Notes: a model not told the origin generated them from the letters alone. Shown: positions 7,536 through 15,188, counted from the first letter of the stretch. The stretch: DNA of 19,283 nt from an uncultured Clostridia bacterium (GCA_944393615.1 CALYAQ010000081.1:1-19283), one strand, 5' to 3'. Translations and numbers: made by a program.

Positions 7536-7979
7536 ATGCTAATCTTTAATTTAGAATTAGAAGCTCTTGATTTAGAGCACGACAGCGTAGAAACCACAAA
7601 TTATCTTACCACATTATTTAGCACAGTTTTCGAAAGCAAGTATGATAAACTTGATAAAAAAGTGCTTGGTTGGTTTGATAATTATGCTGATGCCTTTTTT
7701 AACGAGTCTGGTTTACCAGGTTACTATAACCTACACATTAAACGTACAACAGGTTCGTACAAAGATGTAGAACAATACATTAACGAATTACCACTTGAAT
7801 TTAATCATATTTTTATTGGAAAAATTTATGAAACTCCAATTGAATTTTATGATAATGGTAAGCCAACAGAACTTGGCAAAGTTACATTTGTTGGAATTGC
7901 CGAAAAAGCTATAGAAAGCGAAAAATCTACAGACATCGTACAATGTATTTTATATATGATTGTACAAATGAAAGAGTGA
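7536..7979 (+). CDS. Hypothetical small acidic cytoplasmic protein, cassette 6 (147 aa)
   Basis: The frame is open from 7536 to 7979. My manual count gives about 25 D/E against 13 K/R. The stop is TGA. Confidence 0.7.
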   Translation: MLIFNLELEALDLEHDSVETTNYLTTLFSTVFESKYDKLDKKVLGWFDNYADAFFNESGLPGYYNLHIKRTTGSYKDVEQYINELPLEFNHIFIGKIYETPIEFYDNGKPTELGKVTFVGIAEKAIESEKSTDIVQCILYMIVQMKE

Positions 7980-8008
7980 TACTAATTTTAAATTAGCTCA
8001 CTCTTTTA
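7971..8008. terminator. Bidirectional hairpin terminator between convergent genes
   Basis: The outer stem AAAGAGTGA/TCACTCTTT encloses the inner palindrome CTAATTT/AAATTAG. It is flanked by A and T runs and sits between the cassette-6 stop and the stop of the minus-strand gene at 8009. Confidence 0.65.
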
Positions 8009-8800
8009 TTATATTGTATATTCATAAAAAACAAATCTATTATCTATTTTCTTCATTTTAACCTTTAACATCTTTCCAGTCAAATAATTATTATCAATTT
8101 CTACACTTTCTAAATATTGTAATACTTCTGTATATTCTTTTTGCTCATATAGCTTCAATACATTAATTTCCAACAATGTAGCTATATATATATCATTTTG
8201 TTTATCATAACTTATATTTTGCACCTTATATTTGCTATTATCATATATATAATTGTTTTTTGGTACCACAAAACCATTTAAGTTAGAAATATAGTAGTTA
8301 GAATATGAATTTTGATTTAACTTATTTGTATTAAATAATTGTTTATATGTAGATATAAACCTTTCCTTATCTATATACATATATGTATCTTTGTAGTCTT
8401 CAAAATATACATAACCCAAATCTCTATATACATCTGGCAATATATTATCTATATATTCGTTATCAACTATTTGAAATTCATTGTTCATTGCATAATACTT
8501 ACATGTAATTAAATATCTCACATTTTCATTAGATAGTTCTTGTCCAATATCAACATTTGACATTAGAAACGAAAACATTTCATTTATTTGTTTTTTCTCA
8601 TTATCATTTATCTGTACTTCTACAACTTGTACCCCTTCATTATATCCACTTTGTATTGGTATTTTCTTTTGAAGATTTAATATTATACATGTAGATACTA
8701 TTATAGTTGTACAGGTAATTAATATACAAAAAAACGGTATGATATAGTTTTTATTAAATTTAAAAACACGTCTATTTCCTCTTCTTCTATTTATTCCCAT
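8009..8800 (-). CDS. Hypothetical membrane-anchored protein (263 aa)
   Basis: The N-terminus is basic (RRRGNRR) and is followed by one hydrophobic helix (IIPFFCILITCTTIIVSTCIILNL). The rest is hydrophilic and Tyr/Asn-rich. The gene starts 5 nt after the folD stop. I recognise no family. Confidence 0.6.
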   Translation of the reverse strand: MGINRRRGNRRVFKFNKNYIIPFFCILITCTTIIVSTCIILNLQKKIPIQSGYNEGVQVVEVQINDNEKKQINEMFSFLMSNVDIGQELSNENVRYLITCKYYAMNNEFQIVDNEYIDNILPDVYRDLGYVYFEDYKDTYMYIDKERFISTYKQLFNTNKLNQNSYSNYYISNLNGFVVPKNNYIYDNSKYKVQNISYDKQNDIYIATLLEINVLKLYEQKEYTEVLQYLESVEIDNNYLTGKMLKVKMKKIDNRFVFYEYTI

Positions 8801-8805
8801 AAATT

Positions 8806-9651
8806 CTATCTCCTATTTTTACATGCCAATATTATATTATTCATAAGCATAGCAATCGTCATAGGACCTACACCACCTGGTACAGGTGTAATATATGAAG
8901 CAACTTGTTGGACATTATCAAAATCAACATCTCCACATATACTTCCATTTTCTAGTCTTGTTATCCCAATATCAATTACAACCGCTCCTTGTTTTATCAT
9001 ATCACGTTGTACAAGGTTAGGCTTACCAACAGCAGATATCACAATATCAGCATTTAATAAATGTGTTTTTAAATCTTTGGTTTTAGAATTACATACAGTA
9101 ACTGTAGCACCTTTATTTATTAATATTTGAGCCATTGGCTTGCCCACTATATTACTTCTACCAATAACCACACAATTTTTCCCCTCAACTTGTATGTTAT
9201 TCTCTTGAAACATTCTAATAACTCCTAAAGGGGTACATGGTATAAATATAGGATAGCTCATTGCAAGCATACCAGCATTTATAGGGTTAAACCCATCTAC
9301 ATCTTTTGCAGGATTAATTTTACTAAAAGCTTTAGCTATGTTTAGATGTGGTGGTATTGGGCTTTGAAGTAAAATACCATCTACATTTTCGTTATTATTT
9401 AAGCTCTCTATTAAATCAAGTAACTCACATTCACAAGCATCTTCTGGCAAGAAATACTCTTGCATATCTATGCCAATTTCTTGACATGCAATTGTCTTGT
9501 TTTTAACATATATCTTTGATGCCGGATCATTGCCTACTAATATTACAGCTAAACAAGGGGTTATTCCTCTTTGTTTTAGTTTATCTGTTTCTTCCTTCAA
9601 TTCAGCTAATACCTTTTTAGATAATTTCTTTCCGTCAATTATTGTTGCCAT
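8806..9651 (-). CDS. folD: Bifunctional methylenetetrahydrofolate dehydrogenase/cyclohydrolase FolD
   Basis: MATIIDGKKLSKKVLAELKEE...LAVILVGNDPASKIYV...PVPGGVGPMTIAMLM is classic FolD. I chose the ATG at 9649-9651 (GGAG 8 nt upstream) over the GTG used by the ORF track. The stop is TAG. Confidence 0.92.
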   Translation of the reverse strand: MATIIDGKKLSKKVLAELKEETDKLKQRGITPCLAVILVGNDPASKIYVKNKTIACQEIGIDMQEYFLPEDACECELLDLIESLNNNENVDGILLQSPIPPHLNIAKAFSKINPAKDVDGFNPINAGMLAMSYPIFIPCTPLGVIRMFQENNIQVEGKNCVVIGRSNIVGKPMAQILINKGATVTVCNSKTKDLKTHLLNADIVISAVGKPNLVQRDMIKQGAVVIDIGITRLENGSICGDVDFDNVQQVASYITPVPGGVGPMTIAMLMNNIILACKNRR

Positions 9652-9680
9652 GATTATCACTCCATTTCATATTATATATT

Positions 9681-10469
9681 CTACATCATACAAGTTGCTG
9701 CAATTAATACAATAATACCTAATACTACTCTATATACTGCAAACACTTTAAAACTTCCCTTTTGTAGATACTGCAATAGGAATTTTATTACTAATAGTCC
9801 TGTTACAAAACTAACTAACACACCAATTACAAAAGGCATATCAAATACAAAATCTTTAAATTTATATAATGTTGCACCTAACACAATAGGTGCTGACAGC
9901 ATAAATGAAAATTTAGCTGCTGATTCTCTATCAACTCCTAATAATCTACCTGTTGTCATCGTTATTCCTGAACGTGAAACACCAGGTATAAAAGCTAAAG
10001 CTTGTGATAAACCTATTAAAAATGTTTGTTTCAATGTTAGGTCTTCATATTTAGTTGTTGCCTTCATATATTTATCAGCTAGGTACAAAATTATACCCAT
10101 TATTATTAATGCAGTTCCTATAACAAATACATTAGTTAATAAATTTTCTGCGTATTTATCTAATATAAACCCTATTATTCCCCCAGGTATTGTGGCTAAA
10201 ACAATATACCAAAATAGTTTACCCTCTGTACTTTTTTGTTTTTTAATAGCTGTATTAAATCCACCAATAATTAATTTTATCCAATCTTTGAAAAAGAAAA
10301 TACCAATTGCTAGTAATGTACCAAAATGAAGTGCCACATCAAATGATTCAGGTATGTTTTCCCAATTAAAAAACCATGGTATTAAAAATAAATGAGCCGA
10401 ACTAGAAATTGGTAGTAACTCTGTTAAACCTTGTACAAATGCTAATATTATTGCTTGTATTATATCCAT
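9681..10469 (-). CDS. uppP: Undecaprenyl-diphosphate phosphatase (UppP/BacA)
   Basis: MDIIQAIILAFVQGLTELLPISSSAHL... is a multi-pass membrane protein with PGVSRSGITM, the typical UppP motifs. The ATG at 10469 is preceded by AGGGGG. The stop is TAG. Confidence 0.9.
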   Translation of the reverse strand: MDIIQAIILAFVQGLTELLPISSSAHLFLIPWFFNWENIPESFDVALHFGTLLAIGIFFFKDWIKLIIGGFNTAIKKQKSTEGKLFWYIVLATIPGGIIGFILDKYAENLLTNVFVIGTALIIMGIILYLADKYMKATTKYEDLTLKQTFLIGLSQALAFIPGVSRSGITMTTGRLLGVDRESAAKFSFMLSAPIVLGATLYKFKDFVFDMPFVIGVLVSFVTGLLVIKFLLQYLQKGSFKVFAVYRVVLGIIVLIAATCMM

Positions 10470-10525
10470 TATATTTCCCCCTATAATATAAATCATATAT
10501 ATAATATATGATTTAAAAAATATTA

Positions 10526-11395
10526 TTAAATTTCTTCAAATATATTACCTATGGTTTCTTTCAAATGAGTAGCTGCTGTAATTTGAGCCACTTTACCTGG
10601 TAATGATAATGCAAGAATTATGTTTATGTTTTTTTCTTTACCATACTCAATATCAATTCCACCTGGTTTAGATGCTAAATCAATAAATATGCTATCTTTA
10701 TGCATTTTATCAATTCTTTCCTTGTCAAATACAACAAAAGGTATTGTATTTATAAACAGGTTAAATTTATCTAGGTGTTGGTCTAATTCCTTTAAATGAA
10801 TAGGTTTGTATCCATACGCCTTAATCCATGCTATATCCGAGAATTTTCTTGCTTCACAATATACATCTGCACCTAGGCCATCCAACATTTTGCAAAGTAT
10901 TTTGCCAATTCTACCAAATCCTAATACTAGAATAGGAGTATTATGTAATGTACTTTGAGAATTTTCCATTGCAATTTGTATAGCTCCTTCAGCAGTGGAA
11001 ATAGCATTTAAAACAGCAAACTCTTCCCTTGCCAAGATATCTATTGCCTTAATATTATTTTCAGCAAATAAGGTACTTAATTTCGTATCAAATCTGCCAC
11101 CAATTAAGACCTGTGTAGAATTTAGCAATTCAATCAAATCGGATATAAGTATTGGTGATGAATTAAATGGAGCATTTAATGTATCTCCATTACTTGAAAA
11201 TGGTAATGGGCCAATAACAATTTGAGCACCATTTATTGCTTCAACTAAAGTTTCACATTTGACAACATTATTACAATTAATGTCAAACTTATCAAACCCA
11301 TAAACACGAATTTGATAATCTTCTTTTGAGAAAAATTCAATTAAATGAACAATTCTCATATCTCCACCTACAAAACTAATTTGTTTTATATTCAT
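10526..11395 (-). CDS. dpaA: Dipicolinate synthase subunit A (SpoVFA/DpaA)
   Basis: The sequence aligns by eye along the full length with B. subtilis SpoVFA: ISFVGGDMR, VYGFD, FAVLNAISTAEGAIQIAMENS, VLGFGRIGK, INTIP, IDLASKPGGIDI and LSLPGKVAQITAA. SD GGAGA is present. Confidence 0.85.
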   Translation of the reverse strand: MNIKQISFVGGDMRIVHLIEFFSKEDYQIRVYGFDKFDINCNNVVKCETLVEAINGAQIVIGPLPFSSNGDTLNAPFNSSPILISDLIELLNSTQVLIGGRFDTKLSTLFAENNIKAIDILAREEFAVLNAISTAEGAIQIAMENSQSTLHNTPILVLGFGRIGKILCKMLDGLGADVYCEARKFSDIAWIKAYGYKPIHLKELDQHLDKFNLFINTIPFVVFDKERIDKMHKDSIFIDLASKPGGIDIEYGKEKNINIILALSLPGKVAQITAATHLKETIGNIFEEI

Positions 11396-11444
11396 AAAGT
11401 ATCATCTCCTATACTATAATATTTTTTTAAGCTAAAAATATAAC

Positions 11445-12668
11445 CTAAATTCTCCTTTTTGATTTTTTACTTTTAACATTTTTTGAACCCACTGTATTTG
11501 CTAATACTTCTTGTTTCTTTATATCTTCTTGTTCAAACAATACATATTGGTCAACATTGAATTCGTCAAACATTGTAATATCAATTATATTGTTTTTATC
11601 CATTTTTTGATTTTCATTTGCTAGCTTTTCAATTTTGTCAACACCATTTGCTAAATCTTTAATACTACTAAATAACTCTTCATTATGCATATTGTCTAAT
11701 AAACTATCATCTCTAGCAATGGCTAAATTTAAGCAATTAGTAGCTTTTCCTTTTTCATTTTGTAACATATATAACCTAGCAAGCATGTAATATGCTCTAG
11801 CATACGTATGTGAACCCTTTATTGCAATCAATAAATGTTGTTGTGCTACATCATACTCTTTACTAGATAAATGTATGTATCCTAATAAATAATGTGCATT
11901 GTATAATCTATTATCATATTTAATTGCTTGTTCCAAAAATTTCTTGGCATTTTTATTTTGTTTTTCTTTTATGTATATTGCACCTATATTGTAATATATT
12001 TTTGAATTAGTTTTATCTTTTTGTGACAAATCAAAATACATCTTCAAAGCCTCATTATATTGATTTTTCTTAAATGTTAATATATTAGCTAATAGGTTAC
12101 AAGCTGGCATATAGTTACTTTTAATATTCAAAACATTCTTTAATATAGTTATTGCCTCATCATATTTTTTTAAACTATATTCTATATATGCTATTTTACA
12201 ATATAATTTATAACTATTAGGTTTAATCGTTATAGCTTTTTGTAAATATTCTAATGAATTATCTAAATCATTTTGTTTTAGACATATTTCTCCCAACTTT
12301 TTATATACCCTATATTTTGGATATTCCTTTACCATATTATCATACAATTTTTTTGCCTTATCGTTATGGTTACAAAACGATAATATATTACCTATTACTA
12401 TTTTTGTTTCTTTTATAATGTTAATATTAAATTTCATTGCAAAAAATGTTGTTATTGGTATTATATAACCAAGTACAAATACAGTTGCCTGCATAATTTT
12501 ATTAATATCTTCTTGATTTTTATATATTAAAACAAGCATAGTAATTGCAACAACTTGCATTGCAATATTTAAAAGTGCTATCTTGCTTGAGTTTTTAACA
12601 TATCTGTAAACATAGTATGATAAAAACAATAATATAATTGATACATATACAAACTTTTCAAATATCAT
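11445..12668 (-). CDS. Membrane-anchored tetratricopeptide (TPR) repeat protein
   Basis: Three N-terminal hydrophobic helices are followed by repeated 34-aa-like units (A..Y..A/L...P.. patterns, for example YDEAITILKNVLNIKSNY, AKKFLEQAIKYDNRLYNAHYLLGYI and ARAYYMLARLYM). The C-terminal tail is basic. SD GAGG is present. The gene starts 13 nt after the ppa stop. Confidence 0.75.
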   Translation of the reverse strand: MIFEKFVYVSIILLFLSYYVYRYVKNSSKIALLNIAMQVVAITMLVLIYKNQEDINKIMQATVFVLGYIIPITTFFAMKFNINIIKETKIVIGNILSFCNHNDKAKKLYDNMVKEYPKYRVYKKLGEICLKQNDLDNSLEYLQKAITIKPNSYKLYCKIAYIEYSLKKYDEAITILKNVLNIKSNYMPACNLLANILTFKKNQYNEALKMYFDLSQKDKTNSKIYYNIGAIYIKEKQNKNAKKFLEQAIKYDNRLYNAHYLLGYIHLSSKEYDVAQQHLLIAIKGSHTYARAYYMLARLYMLQNEKGKATNCLNLAIARDDSLLDNMHNEELFSSIKDLANGVDKIEKLANENQKMDKNNIIDITMFDEFNVDQYVLFEQEDIKKQEVLANTVGSKNVKSKKSKRRI

Positions 12669-12681
12669 ATTTACCTCTTAA

Positions 12682-13218
12682 TTATTCTTTATGCCCAAAC
12701 TTTTCATCATATACCTTCATACATTTTTGTATAATTTGAATAGCTTCTTCTCTATTTCCCATTTCTTTTACTACTGTATGCTTACCTTCTAAAGTTTTAT
12801 ACACTTCGAAGAAATGTGCTATTTCGCTAAACAAATGTGAAGGTAATTCAGATATATCATTATAGCAACTTAATGAAGGATCTTGAACTGGTATTGCTAT
12901 TATCTTTTCGTCAACCTCATCATTATCAATCATTTTTAACACACCTATTGGAAAACATTTTACTAATGTCAATGGATGTATATATTCTTGGCAAAGAACT
13001 AAAACATCTAATGGGTCATTATCTTCTGCATAAGTTCTTGGTATAAATCCATAGTTTGCTGGATAATGTGTTGATGTGTACAAAACTCTATCTAATACCA
13101 ATAAACCGGTTTCCTTGTCTAGTTCGTATTTGTTTTTACTACCTTTCGTTATTTCAATTACTGCTACAAATGTTTCAGGTTTTACCCTTTCCTTGTCAAT
13201 GTCATGCCAAATATTCAT
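12682..13218 (-). CDS. ppa: Inorganic pyrophosphatase (family I)
   Basis: MNIWHDIDKERVKPETFVAVIEITKGSKNKYELDKETGLLVLDRVLYTSTHYPANYGFIPRTYAEDNDPLDVLVL is the canonical family I PPase core. Confidence 0.92.
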   Translation of the reverse strand: MNIWHDIDKERVKPETFVAVIEITKGSKNKYELDKETGLLVLDRVLYTSTHYPANYGFIPRTYAEDNDPLDVLVLCQEYIHPLTLVKCFPIGVLKMIDNDEVDEKIIAIPVQDPSLSCYNDISELPSHLFSEIAHFFEVYKTLEGKHTVVKEMGNREEAIQIIQKCMKVYDEKFGHKE

Positions 13219-13245
13219 TATATATTATCCCCTTTCAATTATTTA

Positions 13246-13274
13246 ATTTTACTTTAAAAAAAACAAAAAGTCAA
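13246..13274 (-). promoter_or_regulatory. Candidate proximal ppa promoter (TTGACT-17-TAAAAT)
   Basis: Reading the minus strand, TTGACT is at 13274-13269 and TAAAAT at 13251-13246. This leaves a leader of about 20 nt containing the SD AAAGGGG. Confidence 0.55.
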
Positions 13275-13276
13275 TG

Positions 13277-13306
13277 AAAAAACAAATATATGAATATTTG
13301 TTTTTC
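13277..13306 (-). terminator. Perfect 12-bp AT-rich hairpin with flanking A and T runs (terminator or attenuator upstream of ppa)
   Basis: AAAAACAAATAT-atga-ATATTTGTTTTT. On the minus strand it is followed by a T run and then immediately by the proximal ppa -35. Confidence 0.5.
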
Positions 13307-13369
13307 CAAAAAAATCTTCGAACAAAAGTATTGTAAAATTATATATGTTATACTTTTTTTACCTTAAAT

Positions 13370-13398
13370 ATTTTACATCAATAAAATGCACATGTCAA
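13370..13398 (-). promoter_or_regulatory. Candidate promoter TTGACA-17-TAAAAT driving a short (~90 nt) ATG-free transcript that ends at the 13277-13306 hairpin
   Basis: Reading the minus strand, TTGACA is at 13398-13393 and TAAAAT at 13375-13370. There is no ATG between the predicted +1 and the hairpin. Confidence 0.35.
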
Positions 13399-13404
13399 GA
13401 AAAA

Positions 13405-13615
13405 AATAATAAAAAACCCATTGGTCGTTAATAGTAATTTAAGAACCTGCCTCACAACAGGTGGGTAATACTCTATTAAATACTCCTGGGTTTCTTACTG
13501 TATTTGATGTAAGCCTACACGCCGTATTTAAACACGAGTTCCCTATAAATAGATGTTGGTTCTAAATATATCTATTTAATATCGTACCAAATGGGTATTG
13601 ATATTTTCATATCGT
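13405..13615 (-). ncRNA. ssrS: Structured rod-like ncRNA, candidate 6S RNA
   Basis: The region has no ORF and a long imperfect closing duplex: 13416-13446 ACCCATTGGTCGTTAATAGTAATTTAAGAACC pairs with 13557-13596 GGTTC...ACCAAATGGGT. Internal pairings are TTAAATAC/GTATTTAA and the apical hairpin CTTAC/GTAAG. The 3' side of the central region has a small hairpin (CCUG uuguGAGG CAGG) next to ACCCAC. On the minus strand the structure is followed by a U run (GGGUUUUUUAUUAUUUUUUU) and preceded by a good promoter. Confidence 0.5.
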
Positions 13616-13621
13616 AATTTA

Positions 13622-13650
13622 ATTTTAACATTTATACTCTTTATTTTCAA
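13622..13650 (-). promoter_or_regulatory. Promoter of the 6S-like RNA (TTGAAA-17-TAAAAT)
   Basis: Reading the minus strand, TTGAAA is at 13650-13645 and TAAAAT at 13627-13622. The predicted +1 is near 13615. Confidence 0.5.
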
Positions 13651-13796
13651 CACTCAAAATTGTTTTATTTTATTATATTACTTGCTTTCTCTTATCTAAT
13701 CTTATTACTTCTTAATTTTATATATTTTTTCGAAAAGTATAGATTTTTTGAGTTATTTCATATATTATATTTATAACTTGAAAGGAGATGTTAATT

Positions 13797-14498
13797 ATGA
13801 AAAAAATTTTAAGTTTATTTATTGTATGTATGCTTTTAGTAGGCACTATGATTATTCTAACAGGTTGTGGAAATAATAACCAGTCTAGTATTAATCCTTC
13901 TAATAATCTTGGAGTTAACTCTAACCCTTCTGATAATAATAACAATGGTTCTTTAGTAGTAAATAAGTTAAAAGCTGAAAAAGCATTAGCATCTTTATCA
14001 ACTGATAACTACTACGTAAAACTTATAACTGATGCTGAAGATGATGCCGGAAATATTATTAGAAATGCTACAATGGAAATAACTGTTGAAGGTAAAAACT
14101 TCGCAACAGATATTAAAGCCGCAGGATATGGAATGATTGTTAAAGACGATGCAATGTATTATATTATGCATGATGCTAAGCAATATACAAAAATGGATTT
14201 GCAACCTAACACAAAACAAGAAATGCTAAAAGAATTTAGTGATAAAAATTTTACTGACAATTTTGTTACTTCAGGTCAAGAAGAATTAAATGGTACAAAA
14301 TACTACTATGAAGAATTTAACTTTGAAAGTGAAACAGCTAGACTATATTTTGATAATGACACTTTAAAATATATAGAATCAAAATATTCAGACGGCACTC
14401 CTACTACTATAATTGAAATTGTAGAAATATCAGATAAATCAAAAAAATCATTATTTGAAATACCAGAAGGTTATACAAGTTTGGAAATGAATTTCTAG
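13797..14498 (+). CDS. Putative lipoprotein (233 aa)
   Basis: MKKILSLFIVCMLLVGTMIILTGCGNNNQ is a signal peptide with the lipobox LTGC, followed by an Asn/Ser-rich linker. GGAG lies 9 nt upstream of the ATG at 13797, which I preferred over the track start at 13788. The stop is TAG. Confidence 0.8.
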   Translation: MKKILSLFIVCMLLVGTMIILTGCGNNNQSSINPSNNLGVNSNPSDNNNNGSLVVNKLKAEKALASLSTDNYYVKLITDAEDDAGNIIRNATMEITVEGKNFATDIKAAGYGMIVKDDAMYYIMHDAKQYTKMDLQPNTKQEMLKEFSDKNFTDNFVTSGQEELNGTKYYYEEFNFESETARLYFDNDTLKYIESKYSDGTPTTIIEIVEISDKSKKSLFEIPEGYTSLEMNF

Positions 14499-14500
14499 AG

Positions 14501-14535
14501 AAAAAAAAAGAGTAACATACTACTCTTTTTTATTT
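14501..14535. terminator. Bidirectional terminator between the lipoprotein gene and spoIIIAH
   Basis: A run-GAGTA acatac TACTC-T run, that is AAAAAAAAAGAGTA/TACTCTTTTTTATTTTT. Confidence 0.7.
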
Positions 14536-15144
14536 TTATTCCTTTTTTAATACAATTTGTATATTATTTATCTCTACACCCAACTCCCTATTTATTATTG
14601 AATAAATCTGAGCAACCTTATCCTTATCAAGCTCTGTGTCGTTCTTTACAATTACATTAACAGTTTTGCCACTAGTCATAATAACTACATCCTCTATTTG
14701 TTTTAACAAAATTAAGTTTTCCGCTATCATAATACTATTTTTTAAATTGGTTATTTCTTCTATTTTGGTTTGAGCACTATTTTTTTGTGTTGTATCCATA
14801 TTAGCACTTTCTAGAATTTCTTTATATGTATCAATTTGTTCATCAAACATTTTATTTCTCTCAATTTTTGTTTGGGCAAAATATGTATCTTTTTTAGGTT
14901 GTTCGTCCTCCATATTACTATTTTCATCTTCAATCTCTCCTTGTACCTGTTTAGGTGGCACCACCGTATCTTCATTAAATGCATTAACATATATTGTATC
15001 TCCCAATGTATCATCAATATTACCAGTAAGCTCCGTTCTATATTTCAATTCAGGTGTATAAGTATAATTTAAGTATCCTGCTGTTACTAAAATTAAACCT
15101 AAAGTTAAAAATAGTATTTGATTTTTTTTAAATATTTTAATCAT
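14536..15144 (-). CDS. spoIIIAH: Stage III sporulation protein AH
   Basis: This is the last gene of the spoIIIA cluster. It has one N-terminal TM helix (ILFLTLGLILVTAGYLNY), an acidic linker and a C-terminal domain with the typical spacing and size. SD AGGAGA is present. Confidence 0.8.
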   Translation of the reverse strand: MIKIFKKNQILFLTLGLILVTAGYLNYTYTPELKYRTELTGNIDDTLGDTIYVNAFNEDTVVPPKQVQGEIEDENSNMEDEQPKKDTYFAQTKIERNKMFDEQIDTYKEILESANMDTTQKNSAQTKIEEITNLKNSIMIAENLILLKQIEDVVIMTSGKTVNVIVKNDTELDKDKVAQIYSIINRELGVEINNIQIVLKKE

Positions 15145-15188
15145 AATCGTTCTCCTTTATACTATTAATATATGTACACAAATTACTT

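Noticed and set aside
4787-8008. The cassette island as a classical mobile element, prophage remnant or integrative island.
   Set aside because: I could find no integrase, transposase or recombinase, no tRNA, and no flanking direct or inverted repeats. My spot G+C counts on single 60-nt lines ranged from 23-40 percent in the island and 17-27 percent in the flanks. They overlap too much to call a compositional shift without a proper calculation.
9652-9660. The longer N-termini proposed by the ORF track for folD (GTG 9660), uppP (10496), the lipoprotein gene (13788), spoIIIAB (TTG 18862) and spoIIIAA (TTG 19229).
   Set aside because: In each case a downstream ATG with a correctly spaced SD gives the N-terminus seen in homologs (MATIIDGK, MDIIQAI, MKKIL with lipobox, MYILK). 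For spoIIIAA the frame simply continues upstream through the Walker A motif to the window edge.
13748-13776. A TTGAGT-17-TTATAA promoter for the lipoprotein gene.
   Set aside because: The predicted start would fall inside the gene's own SD (AAAGGAG at 13781-13787), so this pairing is probably fortuitous. I could not place the real promoter with confidence.
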